DNA of 55,391 nt, counting the filler, from Basidioascus undulatus (lineage: Eukaryota), in the NCBI GenBank assembly GCA_000826855.1. It is 4 parts of 4 records of this genome, joined end to end, with 100 filler letters (N's around TTAATTAATTAA, not from the genome) between each part and the next. Parts side by side here need not be neighbours in the genome. Positions count along the whole stretch, not along the records: positions 27,791 to 41,561 come from JTLS01000788.1; positions 41,662 to 55,391 come from JTLS01000789.1; 2 more parts are not named here. One strand, given 5' to 3'. The position numbers and the translations under genes were made by a program. The notes beneath the pieces are model-generated. The model worked only from the letters and a program-made list of their open reading frames with translations. It did not search any database and was not told the origin of the DNA. Shown one piece after another: positions 39,211-50,263 of the stretch (its first letter is position 1; every line of letters begins with the position of its first letter).

Positions 39211-39646
39211 ATTACCTAGGTCGTACTGACTACTCCTGAACTTTATTCATCATAGCACCGCTGGAGCTTTTTGGGGCTTGATTTGCCTCCGAAGACGAGG
39301 TGCATTCAAGGCAGCTGCAGCGCTGCCCGTGCGAACGGGGCAAGTGTAAACCTGCAACCGTTGAGAAAGAGCCAACCTGCAGTTCCGAGGGACTCAAGCA
39401 GAACTCTCGCTATGCTGATGCACACAGCTCAAAATACCTGAAGGTTGAAATGGTTTTTCCGAGCTGCAGTGAAGGGGAAATGAATACACTTTCTTTTGGC
39501 GTTTCGGCGTGTTGGCCCGCCGTTTTGTGCCGGCTTCCTCGATCCTCAGGTTGCTGTCTACCATCACCGCTCTCGAGGGCTGCTTCGCCCCATTCCGGCT
39601 CTCACCTCGATCATTGCTCAGAAAAAGCTTTAAACAGCCGCTCCCC

Positions 39647-40774
39647 ATGGACTCCAGCTCCCTGCGCTGCTAAACCCTAAGCCACGGAGGGAGACTATAG
39701 CGACGATCTGGTTAGCCGCCGCAGTCTCCCCGTCGTTTACAAGGAGCTCTATGTGTGAGACTTCGACCTTCCGTCTTGCATTCTCGAACAGGCCGAATGA
39801 TACTGATACCGTATGATTATGCCCACGGACAGCGCTGTCTTTACAGGAGTGTGACTCTGCGCAGCGCGGACTCCATCGAGCGCTTCTTCGCATCGCTTCA
39901 CTTCCCCTACGAAACAGCCTTCCAGCGCAATATAGCCGTCAGGAAGCTCGTTATAGATGTGGAATGGCTCAGCGGTCCAGAGGCTGAGTTCGAGACGCTC
40001 GACTTCACCTTCGCGCCCCCCTTGTTTTGGCTTCTCACCCGACTCGAGTCTTTCGAGTGTATCGGCATCCAGGACTTCCGTGTACCTGCCGGGTTTCACA
40101 CCGTCATGGCGCTTTAGATCGCTGCGGATGCACTCTCAAAGCTCTGAATCTCGGGATCGACCTGTCCTGCGACCCTGCCTACTCGCTCGCTTGTCTCGGC
40201 CGCTTCACACAATTGCGCACATTCGCCATTACCACGACCGAACAACCCACAGTACTATTGGTTGTGCCTCATTTTTACCTGCCGCTTTTGACCAAGCTCT
40301 CAATAGATGCTGATCTATCACTTGCGCGGGATGACAACGGCAACTATTGGATCAGCAGCGTCACCTTTCCTCGCTTGGCCACTGTCGAGCTCGATCTTTC
40401 CGACAGCGTCTTGGCTTCATCAAGGTGCACAGGGACGGGATCAAGGCATACGCGTTGACTCGACGGTCTCGAGCATGATCTCCCCAAAGCTCCGCCTACC
40501 CATCTTCCCGAGCGAATTAAATGGTAATCTTGACCAGCTCGCGACCGTTTCCGATGCCCTTCTGGGCCGTGTATCCCTTTCGCTGCTGGAGATCCAGTTC
40601 ATCAACTTCGCGACGGTCTTTTCGTGGCTTGACGTGAAGACCGCGCGTTTTCGGGACTGGGTGGTAGAACAGGGACTCAAGCTAAGGGGGCGCAACGTTG
40701 CACTTCTCGACGGGCATGATGACGTGTTTGATGCGTACTTGTATAACATAGTTCCGATGTCTTTCTGTTACTAG
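39647..40774 (+). pseudogene. F-box-associated/LRR-like gene relic
   Basis: RCLYRSVTLRSADSIERFFASL...AVRKLVID...LLTRLESFEC, then in another frame TLKALNLGI..GRFTQLRTFAI..LPLLTKLSID..FPRLATVELD, then a third frame VSLSLLEIQF...RGRNVALLD. The 5' F-box part is eroded by stops. Confidence 0.55.
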
Positions 40775-41199
40775 CTGTGCACCTGCGTCCGGTTTGCGCT
40801 CGAGGTCAGCGCGCTCAGACTGTCTGCACAGCTGCATAACGACAAAAGGGTGGCAATCTAGGTGAACTACCGCAACGACTGGGATCAAGTCACCGTCTGT
40901 GAAAGGGCGCCTCGTTCCGCGCCAGTTTTGCCCAGCACCACGTTCTACCCAAAGCTGCGCAAAGCGTTCAGCAAGGTGTATGAAGTACAAGGGCGCCCCG
41001 AAAGACCGGAGGGAACTAGAGAACGATAGAAAGCAACATGCGGCAGAGACGCGAAAGAGGACCTGCGCACTAGTACATGCAAGAGGTAACAAGCGAAGTG
41101 CACACACACGAAAGCTCAAGTAAAATCCAAAAGGTGGCATACGCCCAAACGTCCCTCGAAAAGTCCATGTCCATCCCATTCCAGACCCCATCTCCCTAC

Positions 41200-41561
41200 C
41201 ACGTCTTCGACTGCCATCGTCTGCGCCATCCTCTGCAGTTGTATGCGCGCGAGCAGGAACAGGCGCAGGCGCAGGCGGGGTCGTCGTCATCTGCAGCGGC
41301 GTCGCGCTCGATGCGCGGACGGTAGGCCGCTGCGGGGAGTCCGTCGCCGCGCGAGATGAGACTGGCGCGACGGGTAGCGCTATGGGCCTGGCGGGGCTGC
41401 AGGGACGTGGTAGCGTGGCGGCCCCGGCTGCTGGAGTTGTTGCGGTGGAGGAACCGGAGCGGAGGAGGGGAACCGCTGCGCCTGCTGCTGCTGCTGCGCG
41501 CACACGTGCGCCTCGAGCTGCTCAACCACGCGAGCTGAGACGGGCTCGATCAGGCGCTCGC
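41200..41561 (-). CDS. 3' fragment of an unidentified Gln/Pro-rich protein gene at contig end
   Basis: Minus-strand frame ERLIEPVSARVVEQLEAHVCAQQQQQAQRFPSSAPVPPPQQLQQPGPPRYHVPAAPPGP* with GC3-rich codons; true stop uncertain. Confidence 0.35.
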
Positions 41562-41661
41562 NNNNNNNNNNNNNNNNNNNNNNNNNNNNNNNNNNNNNNN
41601 NNNNNTTAATTAATTAANNNNNNNNNNNNNNNNNNNNNNNNNNNNNNNNNNNNNNNNNNNN
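41562..41661. other. Artificial contig linker N44-TTAATTAATTAA-N44
   Basis: Same 100-nt structure as the other gaps. Confidence 0.98.
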
Positions 41662-42493
41662 GGCGAAAGCGCGGGGGTGATGGGGTGGTACTGCCAACCT
41701 TGATTCCCTCTGCTGATAGGCAGGAGTACTAGAAGCCCATTACCGCAGTACTGGCACATGAGTTTGTGTGCGCGAACAGAAGCGGGCTGTAAGATATCGG
41801 GCGCCGGACGGGACCGGGCTGGACGCTTCCAGGACGCGGGGAATAGTCGCCGAAGAGGGGAGGTGGAAGTACACCTCTGAAAGTCAAAGTTGCCCTGTAA
41901 TGTGACCGCAAATCAATAATGCCGCGACCGGCTGCTCCATAGCACATGCAAACGCGTCGAGCGACTGTCAACGTGAGCGTGAAATGCGCTGAGTCGTCGC
42001 AATGCTCTTTGCCGCTTCAGAGCTGCCTTAGGATGCTCCGTCCTGATTAGCTGAAGCGAAAGGCCGGAGTTCTCGGTGATGCGGACGTTTCGCTCGGTAC
42101 ATTGGCATTCGAACGAAGAGTCGAGTCGACGAGCCGCTTGCCATTTGTTTCTCTGTCTGTATGCCTGCATGCTGTAGCTGCATTCTTCAGCTGCACAGTT
42201 AGAGGCAAAAAAAGATCCAGAAAAAGTGCAGAAACTGTCCCGCTTTCTCGTTGGGCCTAATGCTCCCAGTTCTCCGCCTCCTGGTGCTCTCTGGCGCCTG
42301 TATGGGTACCTCATGCAAGCTGAGCCAGAATCCTCCACGACCATCAGGATGGATGCGTCGACATGTTGTGGAATCCGAATGGTCTTTATGTTCTTGTATG
42401 AGGCAACCAAGATCACGGGCATGATCCTGACAGCCAGGAAGTGAAGGCTGGGCGAGCGATGATTTGCAGACGCGCGGTGGAACTTGTCAGGGA

Positions 42494-42552
42494 AAGCTTG
42501 AAGCTTGAAGCTTGAAACTTGAAACTTGAAACTTGAAGCTTGAAGCTTGAAG
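42494..42552. repeat. 7-bp tandem repeat AA(G/A)CTTG, 8 copies plus partial
   Basis: (AAGCTTG)3(AAACTTG)3(AAGCTTG)2AAG read directly. Confidence 0.9.
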
Positions 42553-45500
42553 ACTCGGAGTGCCGGGAGCAGGGATTTCATCGGTTTCACAGCGTCAGAG
42601 TGTGTATGAAATCGGGCAAGGTCCACGTGTTCCCTTCGTTGAGGGAAATGCAAGACGAGAGTAGGCAAGCATCCGCAATTGAGTCCGCTGCACCGGCGTT
42701 CTCATCGAGATCCAAAGTGTCGTTGATCCTGCTGGTCAACAGTCTGAGCACTCTTGAAAAGATGTTCCTGCAACACTTGTTTTCAAGTGGTCCTCATAAG
42801 CCGAGAACAGGACAGCGGCCACCCACGCTTTACTGTCCTTGCGATCGGTCTTTAAACCCATGAGCACAAGCGGGCTTCACAAGCAAGTGTTCCAAGAATA
42901 AAAAAACCATTATATAAGGTAAACTTTTTCTTCAGGGACACACTGCACTCGAGAAGCCTCCTGAATGCTGCTGCCGCGTAGGACACACAACAGAAGCAAG
43001 TAACAGCCGCTCACAGACTTGTTCGTGTGGTGGTGCACATAGAGCGTATCGAAGTATCGCGACCGGTCATGATCCTGAACAACTGATTGATCATGCTCCT
43101 CAAAATGTGCTAACAGTGGCAGCCAGGCAGTCTGTGCGCGGTTGTTTTGCTTCCGGTGCTGGCCCTCTCGAAAAACTGTGACGAATGAGCCGCCTTTGTC
43201 AACAGTTGGCCGCCATGCAGAGGAAAATGATAACAGTTTTGAATACAACATACTACAATTGCAAGCACCTCTCGTCGTTGCCGGAGCTGGCCTGGGTCCG
43301 CGTGCTGGGACGTCGCCACTCTGGTCAGACAACTGTGTCGCCCTCATTTCCGTGTCTTGCAGAGATGAACACCCATTTAACTCATAAACACATCTACATA
43401 AACTATTAGCAGGAGAGGCCAAATCTTTACACACAGGCAGGGCCTCTGGCTCCCTGCCTATCGTGCAGCTGGCAGCGTTGCCACGGGAGTGAATTACTGT
43501 ACCAGACGAGCAGATTCTCCCAGTAGCTTACTGCTCCTACTCTCTCTTAAAGAAGGGTGATCAGAAACATAGTCCAGAAATCGTGTAAACCCATCAGTGG
43601 CCATTGTCGCCAGTCCTCTGCTTTATGCACATCGTCGGAAGTGGCCCACAAAGAAGAAGTACCCTCAGGCTGCCGCGTATCGGTAAAGCCGACCAACCAC
43701 TACATGACTAAGGATTGTTTCCGGTCCTGACCACCTGTTTGGCTTCTGCGAAGAAAAGCCGATACGCAGACAAGCGATGGGCGGCGGCACTTTGCGGCTG
43801 TGTGAGGCTGCGGGCTGGCCTGGATCTGGATCTGGCGCTCTCCAGCGCTGCCTCCCGGCCCATCTCCCGCTGTCCGTTTCTCAAAATACGATGCGACATG
43901 CGACAGGCTCGTCTGGAGTGCACCACTCTCAGATGACAAGGAATGCGTTCGAGCGTCTGGGTAGCCCACTGGGTACACCAATCACAACGACCAGATGAGG
44001 CAGCGGTTCCAGAACATCATTATGACGATGCGAAAACTTGTACAACCGGTCTTCCACGAGACTTGCGTGCGAAGATCACCGTTGAACGACGAAGGGCAAT
44101 GGTCATGTACATGCAGTCCACTAGAATAAACGTACACGTTCAGGAGTTGTCAGGAGCAACTGATATCACAGTTACGCAACGACAAAGCGCCTGCACGAAA
44201 GCGCAAGAAAGTGCGTTGCCAAGCATGAAACTTGACTCATCTCTCGTCAAGTCGACCAGAAGCAATCCTCTGCCAAGCTTACAAGTCGTCACGCATCTGA
44301 AAAAACAAGGTTGAGCGAGTAAGTAGGTAGGTCTGCGCTGGAGCGCGTGGCCCGACAGTGCCGCCGACGAATAATTCACCCTCTGTCGGTCGACAGTGAA
44401 AGAGCGCACGACACCGGCAGAGTCGGAGTTTCGTTGAGGAAGGCGGCCGCGAGTCGCTTGCGAAGCGCAGATTCACCCGCGAGCTCGACCTGAAGTACGG
44501 CCTCGGGCGCGTCGCCGAGCGCGTCTTGCCCGTTGGGCCTGAGCTCAGCGACCCCAGCAACAGCAAAACGAGCTCAAGGCGGTGGGTGCCGGTGGGTGGC
44601 TTGCCGGCCCGGCCGTGGCGTCGGGGGCTCGGGGCAGAGACCCGAGGCGACTGCAGCTCGGGATCGGCACACAGTGCGCCCTGCCTGCTCCGGACTGCCG
44701 TCGAGATACTTACCAATAACTTGCCGGGCAGGCGGAGGCGACCAATTACATGCGGCTGGAGAGATTGTCTGAGCGGAAGGTTGTTTACATGTTACGTACA
44801 TAAAAGGCCCGGTTACATGCGGACACAAATATGCCGCGGCAGTGGACGAATGTTGGCTTCAGCGGTCGCACGACCAACGGAGAGGGAAGTCGCAAGGGGA
44901 CGAGGACGTTGCGACTTGCGACCTGTAATAGGAGGTGTGTTGAGGGGTCGTGGAGTTGGTTTGGGTTGTTATTCAACAAAATAGAGGGATACCGGAGTAC
45001 GTCGCATGTTTCCAACGTGACTGCTGCAGCCAGGGCACGGCATGGCCGCATGCGGCTCGAATCTGACGGCCGTTTCGAAATGCAAGGAGGAGGAGTCGCG
45101 CCCGCCCGAGAGAAGACGCGGGCTGGACATAGGGCGCAGGTCCATGACGTCGATGCCGATCGCTCTGATCTCGGCACGTACGCTAAGTGATAGTAGAAGG
45201 ACGCTGGACAAATCCGCGCCGTCCGTGGCACTGATCCTCCGGAGGATGAAAGCGGAACGGCCTTCGCTCGTGGAGAGCTCGAGCAAGCGAGGCACAAGCT
45301 GTCGCTAGAGTTGCAAGTTGAAACGACAGAGATATGTTTGCGGATCGCTATTGGATATGTGCGCAGCAAAAAGGGGGGGCATCCATATGCAGAATAGACC
45401 TTGGCGCAGCGCCAAATGGAGCGACCTTCCAAAAAAATACACAGAGCGTGGGGCGAGCGGGGCCAGGAGGGGCCAGTGTCGAACGTCTGGCGCCTGTCTG

Positions 45501-45788
45501 GCTCGGCCATGGCACGGCGCGTCCCGAAATAGTTGTCGCTTGACGGCGCCGTTCCCGCGGACGTTGGATTGGCTGGCTCAGCGTGAGCTCGCCCGCTGCA
45601 AACCCCTGCCTGCGCCCTCTGGCCTTACTTTTCCCCTCGCGCGCCCTGGAATCTCTCTCTTTCTCCTTCACCTTCCATCCCCCCCTACCCCGCTGCCCTC
45701 TAATATTTCCCTTCCCTAGTACTCCGACCCTCTTCTCCCCTTCCCCCCCCCTCCCCTTCCCATCACCGCCGCTTGAAGCGCGCACACG

Positions 45789-48700
45789 ATGTCGGACAAC
45801 CACGAGAAGGCCGCGGGCGACGCCCCGGTCACGCCCCCCGCCGCCGAAAACGAGAAGATTGCCGTCCCCGAGGCTGAGAAGAAGAAGCGCGAGTACAAGG
45901 TGTGTGGTAAGGGCGGGACAGCGTGCGAGGCTGGCATCGATCTCTGTTCAACATCTCGCTCATCGCGAGCGTCTTCTTTTCATTCTAGGACTTCGGTGAG
46001 GAGAAGGAGAAGGCCACCCATGCCCTGGTCGACATGTCCCAGGTCAGATTTTTGCATTCCCCCGTCTGTGGTCCTGCAGCGCAGCGTATTCACTGTCATC
46101 GCACCGGAATCCAGATCGACCTCAAGGCGGAGGACCTCTACGACAAGGACAAGGTCGACCTCGAGACCGTCGTCGTCGAGGACGTCTTCAAGCTCCTCCA
46201 GTGCACGGAGGAGGGCCTGACTGCCGCTGAGGTCCAGCGTCGGTTCGAGATTTTCGGTCCCAACAAGCTTGAGCACGAGGAGCAGAACGCGTTCCTGCAG
46301 GTTCGTTGCTTCATTTTCCACGCATGGCCGGGCTCGGGCTGTGGGTTGACGGGCTTTTTGCATCGTTATCAGTTCCTCTCGTTCATGTGGAACCCGCTCT
46401 CCTGGGTCATGGAGGGTGCCGCCATCGTCGCCATCGGTACGTCTTCTCGCGGAGTCTTCTCTTCGTCTTCTGAGTGCTGACACATCTCATCGTTTGCCTC
46501 AGCTCTTTCCAACGGGTTCGGCAAGCCTCCTGACTGGCAGGACTTCGTCGGTATCGTCGCTCTTCTGTTCATCAACGCTGGTATCGGCTTCTACGAGGAG
46601 CGCTCCGCTGGCAACGCCGTCTCCGCTCTCATGGACTCGCTCGCGCCCAAGGCCAAGGTTCGCCGTGACGGTGCCTGGAACGAGGTTGAGGCTTCCGAGC
46701 TCGTTCCTGGTGACATGGTCGCGTTCAAGAGTGGGCCTACACTGTTAGTACGCTGCGCCGTCGCACAAGCTAACGTGGATGCCTTCGCTCCCTAGTTGGT
46801 GACATCGTCCCTGCCGACTGCCGTCTCACTGAGGCCATCAACGTTTCGATCGACCAGGCCGCCCTCACCGGCGAGTCGCTCCCTGCGTCCAAGTCGAACG
46901 GCGACCAGTGCTTCTCCGGCTCCATCTGCAAGCAGGGTGAGGCTGAGGGTGTCGTTATCGCCACCGGTGGCAACAGTACGCTTCTTTCACTGTCTCTACG
47001 TAGTGTGCCATATTTTGACCTCATCTTGGCGCCTTTTCCAGCCTTCTTCGGTCGTGCGGCTACTCTCGTTGGCCAGGCCGGCGACGAGGACACCACCGGT
47101 CACCTCCAGAAGGTCCTCGCCAAGATCGGTCTCTTCTGTCTCGTCTCGATTGGTCTCTTCGTTCTACGTACGTTGCCTGCCATTCTCCATACGTCATGAT
47201 ACCGGTATTGATGCTTCTCATCACCTCCAGTCGAGATCCTCGTCCTCTACGCCGCGTACCGCTACCAGTACCGCCGTGGTCTCGACAACATCCTCGTGCT
47301 CTTGATCGGTGGTATTCCCATCGCCATGCCCACGTACGTCGCGTCGACGGGTCCTGCGCTACTTCAAATTGCTCACGTTCCATCTTGCTGCAGTGTCCTG
47401 TCCGTCACACTCGCCGTCGGTGCTCAGCAGCTCGCCAAGCACAAGGCCATCGTCACCCGTATCACTGCCATTGAGGAGCTCGCGGGTGTCACCATCCTTT
47501 GCTCGGACAAGGTACGTTCTTTCTCCCGACGTTACGTTCAAATTTTGGTGCTGACGTTCCTCCCCCCACAGACCGGCACGCTCACGACCAACAAGCTCAC
47601 GATCGACAAGGAGCTTGTCAAGACCTACGGTCCCTTCAACGCCGAGGAGGTCATGCTCCTCGCCGCCTACGCTTCCCGTACCGAGAACATGGACGCCATC
47701 GACGGCTGTGTCGTCGGCTCCGTCGCTCCCGGCAAGGCTCGTGAGGGCATCAAGCTCCTCGACTTCAAGCCCTTCGACCCCGTCTCTAAGCGTACCGAGA
47801 TCACCTACCGCGAGGAGTCCACCGGCAAGCTGAAGCGTGTCACCAAGGGTATGACTGGTATCATCGTGCGTTACTATTCCTTCAAGCGCTTGTTGGTCGC
47901 CCATGTTGCTGACCTTCCCACCTCTTCCACCTCCAGATCGAGCTTTGCTCGCGCAACAAGACCGAGGAGCAGGAGAACGCGCTCGAGGGCGACGTCGAGG
48001 AGTTCGCCAACCGTGGTCTGCGTGCGCTCGCCGTCGCGTACGAGGAGGTCGCCGGCGATGACCCCGAGGCTGAGGGCAACGGCTTCGAGCTCATCGGTCT
48101 CCTCGCTATCTTCGACCCGCCCCGTTCCGACACCAAGCAGACGATCGACGACGCGCAGGCCCTCGGCGTCCGCGTTAAGATGGTTACCGGTGACCAGCTC
48201 GCTATCGCCAAGGAGACCGGTCGTCGTCTCGGCCTCGGCGACCACATGTACGCCTCCAAGGTGCTCAAGGAGGGTCCTCCGCCCGGCGGCGCCCACCTTT
48301 CGCTCGACGAGATGATCATGGACGCCGACGGTTTCGCTGGTGTCTTCCCGGAGCACAAGTTCGAGATTGTCAAGCGTATCCAGGCTCAGGGTGAGTGTCT
48401 TGAAGCCGTTCAGCGGCGTTGTTCCTGGACAACATACTGACTTGCTGATTCCTTCGTCCTCAGGCCACCTTTGCGCGATGACCGGTGACGGCGCGAACGA
48501 CGCTCCTGCTCTTGCCCGTGCCAACGTCGGTATCGCTGTCGAGGGTGCCACCGACGCTGCCCGTGGCGCCGCCGACATCGTCCTCACCGAGCCCGGTCTC
48601 TCCACCATCGTCCACGCCATCCGCGGCTCTCGTATCATCTTCCAGCGTATGCGCAACTACTCGATCTACGCTTGCGCCGTTACGATCCGCATCGTCGTTG

Positions 48701-49844
48701 GTTTCGCCGTTCTCGTCTTCTCGTACAAGTTCGACTTCCCGCCGTTCATGGTCCTTGTCATTGCGCTCCTCAACGACGGCACGTAAGTACCGTCGATGTT
48801 TTCGTTGCTTTCCTCGTCTCGTCCCCCAGTGACTGACTTGGCCCACGCGAATCCGCAGGATCATGACTCTCTCCCTCGACCGTGTCCTTCCGTCCAACGA
48901 GCCCGACCACTGGGACTTGGCGGAAATTTTCCTGTACGCCATCTTCTACGGCCTCTACCTCATGCTTTCGACCGTCATCTTCTTCATTGTATGTTGCGAT
49001 CGGACTCTTTTCTCTGTTCGTAAGCGTCGTGTCTAACCTGTCCGCCGCAGGTCATCTGGGAGACGACCTTCTTCGAGGACAAGTTCGGCGTCGACTCGTA
49101 CCACGACGATGTCAACGACCCGCACCTCCACATGATTATCTACCTCCAAGTCGCCATCATCTCACAGGCGCTCATCTTCGTCACCCGCTCGCACTCCTTC
49201 GTACGCTGGCCTCCCCTTCTCGTCTTGCGGAGCCCGCGCTGACGTGTTCTCTCCTTGCAGTCCTTCCTCGAGCGTCCCTCGGTCGCGCTCATGGCCGCGT
49301 TCTGCCTTGCGCAGCTCGTCTCGTCCATCATTGCCGCGTACGGTGACTGGGGCTTCTCGAACGTGAAGGGCATCTCGGGCGGCTGGATCGGTATTGTCTG
49401 GGTGTGGAACATTGTGTGGTATGTGCCGCTCGACCTCCTCAAGTGCGTCCTCTTTCCTTTCTGTTTCTCTTTGCACCGCCGGGCATGTCCGCTCATCTGC
49501 ACTCTCCCCCGTAGGTTCGCTGTCCGCTACGGCGTCATCATTCCGTACCGCAAGCGCTTCGCCAAGATGCCCGACGCGTTCGCGAAGCCGTTCGAGGGCG
49601 GCGTCCCCGTCTCGCGCACGGTCTCCCATCACGAGTCGCTCTACTCGAACCGCACCTCGTTCCTCAAGCACGCTACCCGCCGCCTCGGTCTCTCGAGCAA
49701 GATAGTGCACATGTCCCAGAACGTGCTGCAGCGCTTCGGCTCCATCAAGGCTCATCAGGTGCGTCTTTCTCTGGTTGTTCTGTTCTTTGATCGCAGTCGT
49801 CCGTTAATGACTCTGTATTTTGTGGTAAACAGTCTGGCCAGTAG
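45789..49844 (+). CDS. PMA1: Plasma-membrane H+-ATPase (P3A type)
   Basis: [139 protein letters not shown]. The first in-frame stop after the last intron is TAG 49842-49844 (see findings). Confidence 0.97.
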
Positions 49845-50263
49845 CTCCAGCGCTCCGCGTCTCGAGGCATGAGTTTTATAGTTCCCTCATAGAGAATTCA
49901 TTGTTCTGTGCATCCGGTGCCGCCATCATTCTCCTTCCTTCCTTTCTCTTTTGTGGGCTCCTAGTTCTTTTTCCTACATGCGAGTTTATTAGAGCTTGCG
50001 GCATCTATTATCTTCAACCTTCATATTTGTACCGTCTTTCGGGGCATTCAGTTCCTCTTTCCCCCCGCCGCCTTACCTCAACATGATGCATTGTAGCAAG
50101 CAGTATATTCTATGCTCCAAAAGTGTTTGTGCGCGTGCACTGAAGGAGCAAGGAAGGGAAATGGACTTGGAGCAGCATCGCTAGCAGCCTTGAGGCTGGG
50201 AGTTTCGACACGTTCCGCATGCAAGGCTTGCGTTCGACGCGATTAGGCCAGAAAGCGGATCTT

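Noticed and set aside
42494..42552. Heat-shock element array (GAA repeats)
   Set aside because: HSEs need alternating nGAAn/nTTCn at 5-bp spacing; this is a 7-bp direct repeat with TTG, not TTC.
41662..44300. Intact transposon, tRNA, rRNA or snRNA in the long intergenic region
   Set aside because: I could recognise no terminal repeats, transposase/RT motifs, tRNA A/B boxes or rRNA signatures here or elsewhere in the window.
10908..49844. TAG reassigned to a sense codon (in-frame TAGs in the F-box relic, the 41.4-kb fragment and the PMA1 tail)
   Set aside because: SNZ1 ends at its conserved RGW terminus with TAG, and I saw no internal TAGs in the long conserved genes.
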